Shown piece by piece: positions 23,501 through 30,900 of a DNA stretch of 64,000 nucleotides (the first letter of the stretch is position 1; each line of letters begins with the position of its first letter). The notes below the pieces were generated by a model. The model saw nothing but the letters and a program-made list of their open reading frames with translations, did no database searches and had not been told where the DNA came from. This DNA is from Nemertoderma westbladi (taxonomy: Eukaryota > Animalia > Xenacoelomorpha). The position numbers were made by a program, and so were the translations under genes. The stretch spans positions 1-64,000 of the forward strand of contig JAUCBJ010007860.1 in NCBI GenBank assembly GCA_032718475.1, given 5' to 3'.

Positions 23501-24260
23501 CCATCTCACCTTTCTCGAAAGCCTTGTAGGCTCTGTATAGGCTAAGAGCTTCTTTCTTTTCGCGGGTTGACTGATTCGCCTCGTCCAGCGTAAGTTCAAA
23601 TACATCGGGTTCAACAACCTTAGGTGGGTAAATGACAGTTTCTCCCGCCTTTGGTCCGGTCATAGCAAATGAATGATATGGATTCGATAAAGGATACCCT
23701 CCTTCCTGGTAGCGTAGTTGTTGATGATTCGAACACCTCGCCAATATCGGTTCGGGATTTTCCTTATTCAAACGCATCGGAATCGCATTTCGTTGTTCGC
23801 GCATACAAGAACCGCATTGATAATAAAGTTTATAAACTGAAAATGCTTCCTTGGTTTCTCTATCGTCCCCTCGAGTTCGTCTGTAAAGATGCATTCCATC
23901 GAATTCATCGCGTACCGCGGGCATAGGTTCGTGCGCCTTTAGGTATTGCATGGTATGATACAAACGACTAATTTCAGTATCGGGGTCTTCGCTAATGTCT
24001 CCCGTATCACACAAAGCATCGTACGGGTAAAGTTCGTTGAAGGTTTGGCGCAAACTTTCGATTCTTTCGTTTAATGCGTTTTGCCTTCTCTTTAATACAT
24101 TCGAGTCATATTTAGTTCTCGCGAGTTTCGCTGTACTTTCCGATAATTCTTTTATACCGAATATAGTATAATCCTTGGCTCCAAATCTTTCGAATGGCGC
24201 TGCTGCCTCCTCTTGGATATCATATCCCCATCTCGGCTCTCCTTGTATCCCTTTCTCCAT
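20535..24260 (-). CDS. Retrotransposon accessory ORF2: DEDDy (WRN/EXD/RNase D-like) 3'-5' exonuclease-like domain plus three CCHC zinc knuckles
   Basis: Intact 1241-aa ORF. It has ExoI-like MFYDNEG, ExoII-like LPKMVRNMILDKTVVKVGSGVRED and ExoIII-like W..SPP..LQYYLAIE. The knuckles are CSKCGVAGHHMAKC, CGWCGDQGSHTFYTC and CTYCNIKGHRASEC, followed by an R/G-rich basic tail. Confidence 0.72.
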   Translation of the reverse strand: MEKGIQGEPRWGYDIQEEAAAPFERFGAKDYTIFGIKELSESTAKLARTKYDSNVLKRRQNALNERIESLRQTFNELYPYDALCDTGDISEDPDTEISRLYHTMQYLKAHEPMPAVRDEFDGMHLYRRTRGDDRETKEAFSVYKLYYQCGSCMREQRNAIPMRLNKENPEPILARCSNHQQLRYQEGGYPLSNPYHSFAMTGPKAGETVIYPPKVVEPDVFELTLDEANQSTREKKEALSLYRAYKAFEKGEMEEWGGRLASLPCHWTSHDQTSAKEMTPEVFESINFAQNVIQRLQIASPERPREMQPYSTSATKPLSTTLNFPISIPVRQDTTYEIPIVDHPEIISNLEFLPAVVFSDMSKIYDLRRHITQKVVNNVPPHIQDFKELDRAGADIAPSNLKGYLTKTIRLWIGTGTFESDTDIAADWRGKVIRFDEDKDIEKIWQPSEELLDEWTRTFRSFQENGYMFYDNEGGSHQQSLTSKTIQIRAADGVLHVFSRQRSDKRMPIPPANTKRHHLITDIVKKMDQACNIDARMLPKMVRNMILDKTVVKVGSGVREDLISDFAGMTDSDDRLPTPYVDTRPLILWSIEQGYFREYNTQKTGTGYISYLLFNWDYKEGKRNKYIETYGEGDTPDMSEFESQLKWRGCVYWAITSPPRAVLQYYLAIESSVNVCLIADIVSRTLKRHPLCLGEDHTFYMEGRIRTDVFRRFLEPFYNSDAQCNAFTRAGFSIFRDVYLRCAGSLIERPSMFTLLPYEGERIVEITDESRQTRAPIGHLGDEFEVTTTIADDPLEELLEIERNLPKKSQTEIRQLEATDAIVCIQPSETYQPIDPDDYDYSMGGSARPIGDLIYERVWYPANTMCSKCGVAGHHMAKCSGKHITTTQLICGWCGDQGSHTFYTCWRFMAQCTYCNIKGHRASECQLRDIPYEHESVKLVRKLFDEWEDLADEHVSAQRRRFPMRAHLGFWAVNPQTMMSEGYISAMPQYDELIEVVDILPHDSGFRVVREYLLQIHPDNKNTWNFQKVVNRITYGEFDRFRTEKRNKGAWLTVAWAYRAAFYHKRIQASVFEEEEVLEATNIPATPVAPSARHPREDGQGRIIRVQKVGQQLKKIINVEERKGVEPTIRVTRDTVSLPREPVGGSGHTPADQQGAQATLGSASSTSRAFPDILPTVATTDRSRGIGRGFGMPNRRICEEIVAPSLNVPSKPVTRPISPISRAKSPVRSFRGRGRARSTKR

Positions 24261-24928
24261 AATTAGGGTGTAGTTACATAATCATTACTACTAGAGGGAA
24301 TACAACAGAGTTTGTAGTTAGTTGTGAGGAGACGTGAGAGTTTCGTCTGCCCTTTGGGCTTCGACAACGCTCTAACCTCCTACCCATAGCCTAAGATCTA
24401 GGGTTTCTTTAATGACACGCTGCTTCTTATCTAAAATTTTTTTTTGCCGAAGTAAAAACGAATTTGGGCTAAACTGGCCGTGAGTCTAAAATACTCACCT
24501 TTTGATCCCAAACTATTATCAGAAAATAAGCAGTCAAGAATTAGTAATAAATATAGGGGAGTCTATTTTGACGTAACTTATTGAAACAAGACCGTGTAAA
24601 ATTTAATTAAAAAATTTTTAAGAAAGGCTCGCAAGATGGCTCGCCTCTCTTGTTTCTCTAATTTTAAGTTCCACCCGACTGTACCCTGAAATCTATTCAC
24701 TGGAGAAAATTTTAAAAATTTTCAAATCCAAATGGATTGTCTAAAATTTCGAAAATGTCTCAATATTGTGAGTTCCAAGTAGAATTCCATTTCTTATACC
24801 TACAAATCCCGCTCCTATGTGACACATAAGGGTACTACCCTCAATGTTCACATATAAAGACAATGGAATTCTACCGCTGTCCTTACTACGGTGTACAGGT
24901 ACGTGGAAATCTATTTGTAAACTCCTAA

Positions 24929-27900
24929 TTATTTACTAGTATTAGGTGGAGATTTGTAATCTCCAGACTCGTTACGAGTCTCTTCAAGAAGTACGAGACG
25001 TTGAGTCGGTCTGTCTACTGTACGACCGTCAATTGTCCGTACCATCACAGTTCTTGTCACTCCATCCATAGATGGATGTGTGGCTAAAATGACACCTGTT
25101 ATCCAGAAGCGTCTTTTTAGATTCACTTCTGCCAACAGCACGTGATCTCCCGGCTTTAATGCGCGGGTGTTATTATACCAAGTTGTTCTGGCAGAAATAG
25201 AGGGCAAATAATGGTTTTGCCATATTTCCCAGAATTTGTTAGCTAGTAGTTGCGTGATTTTCCACGCTTTTCTACCGTAACTGTCGCTTTCTATTGGAAT
25301 AGAAATAGGTGTCAAAGTTGTCGGTGCCTGCATAAGCAGGTGTGCCGGTGTCAAAGCAAACTGAGATTGTTTGTCATCGGGTACTAATACTATTGGTCTA
25401 GTATTTAGTATTGCCTCGATTTCAACAAACAATGTTGTCAGTTGGTCGTCTGTTAATATGTGGTTTACTGGAATGACCTTTGCCATTGCCGTCTTTATAG
25501 ATCTAATCAATCTCTCCCATACTCCGCCTCTCCAAGGACTATCTGGAGGATTGAACTTCCAAACAATCTTGTGAGGTTGTAGTTCGTTCGAGATTTGATC
25601 TTGATCTAATTTCTTAAAGGCTCTAGCAATTTCATTCCGAGCACCAACAAAGTTTGTCCCTTGGTCTGAGTACAAGCATTTTACTAGTCCGCGTCTAGCG
25701 ATAAATCGCCGCAGTGCTAGTATAAACGCGTTGGTGGAAAGATCCATCACACGTTCAATGTGAACTGCCCTACTGGACATACATGTGAAAATCAGTCCCC
25801 AGCGTTTTACTAGTATGCGTCCACGTTTCGTATGTATGGGACCAAAGCAATCAATTCCAGTCTCTGTAAAAGGTGGTCTGAATGCTTGAAGTCGTGCTTG
25901 TGGTAGTTCACTCATTTCTTGGGTACCTATTCTAGAATGTACCTTTTTACAAATAATACACGTACGTGTCACTGAACTTAATGCTTTACTGGGTCTAATT
26001 AATACAAATCTAGTACGTAAGTAGGAAAGACAGTGGTGTCTTCCAGCGTGTTTCAGATGTAGATGTGCGTCCAGTATCATTGCACGTTGTAGTTCGTGGT
26101 GTTGCGGTATTATTATTGGGTAACTAAAGTTTGTGTTAAAGTCAATGTTTTGAAGCCGAGATTTATGACAAATTAAGCCATTATAAATTATCGGACTCCA
26201 ACTCAGTATTGGTGACGACTTGATTGGTTGACCTTGACTTATAGATGTGAATTCGCGCGCGAAATATCGCAGTTGATAATGGCGAATTAATTTTATCTCA
26301 CACCTGTCAATCTCAGCCAATGTAAGTCGACGTGTAAAGTCGCGTTTGCCTTTAACGTATTGTACAAAACGTACAATCCACGCTAATTTTCGGCAAGCGC
26401 TTGTCCAAGAATCTGTTAAGTTTACAATACGGTCGACGTAAGTATTTGTGACGTCATCAGGTAAGTCAATTGAGAATTTGGAAGGTTTTGAATTACTAGA
26501 AGGGCCCACGGGTCCGCCGGTAAGTATTCCCTTGTTGACTGTTGATCCGTCCGGGTCTACAAGTAATTTGTCCTTCTTTGTCTTCTTACCTTGATTGTCA
26601 GTACTTTGTAAGTCGATCGTTAATGGTGGTTTGAACTCTATGGGATCAGTGGGTTTCGGTAAACTTATTTTTCTGCCGACATTAATCCCAGGTCTCACCA
26701 TAGGTTGCAAGTTCGGTATGTCTCTTGAGCGCAAAGTAACACCTGTATTTACATTAGCGTAGGTACTACCCACATCTGTAATACATGAGGTTTCACCGTG
26801 CTTATGGTTGCTCAAGTGTGTCAAAATTGGTAGTTTGTCAATACAAGGCCGCTCCAATAGGGAAACTGCGGCTTTATCGTTAGTCAATACATTACTAGTG
26901 TCTAGTCGACTGTCTAGTAATGTGTCTGGCGATACGTCTGGTAACGTATCTGGTTGTTTGTCAATAGAAGGCCGCTCCAATAGGGAAACTGCGGCTTTAC
27001 TGTTTGTCAGTGTGTTACTAGCGTCTGGTAGAATGTCTGGTTGACCGTCTAGTAACGTGTCTGGTTGACCGTCTGGTAACGTGTCTGGTTGACCGTCTGG
27101 TAACGTGTCTGGTTGACCGTCTGGCGATATGGCTGGTTGACCGTCTGGCGATATGTCTGGTTGACCGTCTGGCGATATGTCTGGTGTAGAAAGGCTCGCA
27201 AGTCTTCCTCTCTTGACCTTTGAAGTTATATCTTTCCATTTCGCCTTCGGTTTTTTCTTGAGTTTCGCCGCCGTCGTCTTTTTCTTTGTCTTCCCCTTTT
27301 TTGGTTTCTTGATTTCGGCGTCCTTGGGAATGGTGTTGGACTTGTTGTCGTATAACGGAGGCCAATCTTGTGTCGATTTCTGCAAGAATTGGGGTCCGTG
27401 TTGCCAAAATTCTTTGTTCTCCGGTTTACAGAATTCCTCAGGCATCATTCCTCGCGACGCAATATCAGCTGGGTTTTGTGGTCCGGGACAATGTCGCCAA
27501 TCCCCTTTTATTGAACGGTCTAGAATTTCCGCGCGACGGTTAGCAACGAATGTCTTGAATTCAAGTGTGTCGTTGTTTATGTAAAATAAAACCAACGTCG
27601 CGTCAGTCCAATAAAATATCTGTAAACTCGACTGTAGTTCTGTCTGTATGAGGTTCACGATGGTGGTTGACAGGGTTGCGGCTTGTAGCTCGGCTCGTGG
27701 TGTCGTCATATACTTAGTAGGCATGGTCTTAGCCTTAGAAGTAATGAGCGAAACATCGAACTCGTCTGATTCTACTTGTCTGCGTAAGTACGCTGCCACA
27801 CCAAAACCGTTGTCACTGGCGTCAGAAAAACAGTGTAGTTCCAAGTTGTCAGGAAATGTACTTTGCAATGGAAAGTAAACCCTGGGTATGAAATAATCCT

Positions 27901-30900
27901 CTAGCGAAGATAATTCCGCCTCCCAGGTCTTCCATAAGTCCACTTGGTCTGATGAGATCGGCTCGTCCCATGTTAGTCCATCTTTCCATATACTGCGCAT
28001 ATAAATGCGGGCTTGCAGTATCACTGGACTGATGAATCCTAACGGATCGAACAATCGGCTCAATTTTGACAAGCATGATCTCTTGGTCAGTGTGTTCCCT
28101 TGACTGTCCAGTCTCACCTTCACTCGAAAGTTGTCTGTGTTTGGGTCCCAAAAGAGCCCCAACACCTTAGTCGTCGGTAGTGGTTCGAACTCTAGGTCTA
28201 TGTCACCACCTCCACGCTCAGTAGTTCCGAATGAGTCTACTAATTCGGCACTGTTTGAGGCGAATTTGGTGAGGTTAAAACCTCCGCCCGCCAAGCAGTC
28301 CCGTAATTGATGTGCTACTGTTGTAGCACGTTCTACTGTGTCGCAACTCTGTAATCCGTCATCAACGTAAAAGTCACGCTCCACAATTCTAATTATCTCT
28401 GGGTCATATAGATGTTTCTGATCCCTAGCGGCCTGCTTTAGGGCGTACATCGTACAATTTGGGCTGTCTCTGGCACCGAAAACGCGAACTTGCATTTGGT
28501 AAGTCGCCGGTGGTAGACTTAAATCTCCTTCCGGGTACCAGAGGAACCGCAAACTGTCTCTGTCTCGCTCTAACGCTTTTACTTGGTGAAACATCGCTTC
28601 AACTTCGCAAGTAAAGGCTACTTGACGCTGACGGAAGCGCATAATCACCCCCATAAGATAATTATTCATGTTCGGTCCATCCATCAACTCACTATTGAGG
28701 GACATTCCCTCAAACAGAGCCGCACAGTCATTGACTACACGTACTTTGTCTGGTTTGTCGGGGTGTCTCACGTAGTGATGTGGCAAGTAATACGTTTGGT
28801 CGGTCACTCGCTCCGGGTTAGTCATTCGGATAGCGTATCCCTTTGTCAAATACGTCTCCATCTGAGTGTTATACTGCAGATGGGCTTTCTCGTCCTTTAA
28901 TAGACGTTGCCGTATTGAGTGTAGACGTCTTAAAGCCAGCGGATAGTTGTTTATAAGTTTAGGACTTTGGCTACGCCATAACATCCCTACCTCATAATGT
29001 CCGTCCTTCGTCTGGTGGATAGTATCTTCCATGATCTTCAGAGATTGTTTCTCCTGTTCCGACATGCAAGGTTCGTAGCTACCAGGTTCAGCTGTATCTT
29101 GTTCTAACCACCTGATAGTCTTCTCCGTTAATTCTTTGTCCAAGGCGGCTTGTTCCAACTGATGATTTCTCAACGCGTCATCATCGATATCGACTGGCAC
29201 TGTTGAGGTTATTGGGGTAGGTAGACTCGCAAGCCTATCATCTGTCGTCGATGGAATCTCTAGCTGACTCGTCTTCCCCCCAAGTTCTAAACTCACCTTG
29301 TGGGTTAGCTGCTCCTTGTGACTTATCATACTAGTTACACGTCTGTCGTGTTTGGTCGACTGTAGTGTAGTATGGTTCGCGTCGTGTGAGAAGGAATGAA
29401 TTGAATTTGTAGTTAATAAACTACATGTACTCTGTACATCGTCTTCCTCGTCACTTACGTCTAGTGTGCGCACAGGCGCTCGAGTATACCACCCTATCGG
29501 CGTTCTGCAGGCGTATGCGTTTCCCGCTACAACTGCCGATGGTCTGGTTTCCCACACCTGATGTAGGTTGAATTGGTCCGTCCCGATCAGCATGGCTACC
29601 GATCTATAATTGACAGGACATTCGGGTACACCAAGGTGTCTGAAATACTTACGGTCCTCTAGAGATTGTTCCGGCACTGGACCTAGTAGGTTACTAAAGT
29701 CCTTCGTGGCCGCAAAGGTTAGATCTCTAAAGGGTAACAAAGACCTCTCCCTCTCGCTGTGTTGCGATTTTGGAAGAAGAGAGTCTAAGTTTAACTTGAC
29801 TCGTGTCACTGGTATTGCACGCTGTCCGTGCATACTACTTACGGTATAACTGACACGCTTACCTTGTTTAAGATCCGTCACGACGTCAGCTATCTTTTCG
29901 TCCACGTAGCTATGAGATGAGGCTGAATCTAGAATCGCATAGATCCTCTTGCTCCCCTTTGTGCCAGTAACCTTAATCGGGATTACACTGAACCCCTTCA
30001 GTTGATCAGTAGTCAGGAGCGCGATCGACGGTTGTTCGTCTCCATTGGAATATTCATCGTCGTCTTCTGATTCTTCGTCCGACGATCCGGATTGTTCTGA
30101 GAAGCAATCCTCAATATGGGTCACGAAGGTTGGAGTCGTTTTCGATTCTCGTTTTCGGTAGGCCGCATCACATCTCGCTGCTGCTTCCGGGTGTTCCCTG
30201 GCGAAGCGTTTCGTCGGCGTGTGGCTGTCTGTGTGGAGCAGACCGTCATGGTTGCGTCCACAGGATGGACAAGTGTCGGTATTTGGGCAATCCTTACGCA
30301 CGTGTCCGTGTCGCGTACACCGCCAACAAGAGTCCAGTGGCCGTATCTGCAGCCGTCGTTCTTCCGAGTTCAACTCGCGAAATTGTCGACAACCTCGTAA
30401 CTTGTGACCAATATACCGCTTACCTAGATGCTCGCAGTATTGGCAGCCGTTGAAGTCGGTGCTGAGTTGCTGTCTCGTCTGTTTCGTCCCAATGGGCGCA
30501 GATACTCTATTACCGTCTGAGAATTGTCGTGATTCCGTCGGTGTGGCGTAAGTGGCCGTCTTAGTGGATGTTGTCTGGGGTTTTTGTCGGTTGGAGGATG
30601 GCAGCGTGATTCCTTCTGCCACGATGTGCTGGTCGGTGTAGTTAGATCGAGTTTCTACTACCGCCTCCCTGGATATTAAAAGGTACACATCTTCTAATTT
30701 TAAGAATCCTCCCCGCTCCTCTCGCTGGTATTCGACCTTCCTCCACTCCCGACGAAGTCGATGGTGGAGTCGTCCTATTATCTTTAATAGGACTGTAGGG
30801 GTATTCCCGTAATCAAGTTGTCCAATTGATCTTAAGGTAGTGATAGCGTTCTTGATCTCGTCAGCTAGTTTTAGTAAGTCGACGGGTTTAGTGATAGCCC

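Noticed and set aside
20535-24260. env gene
   Set aside because: I see no signal peptide or transmembrane anchor; it has nuclease-like and zinc-knuckle motifs instead.
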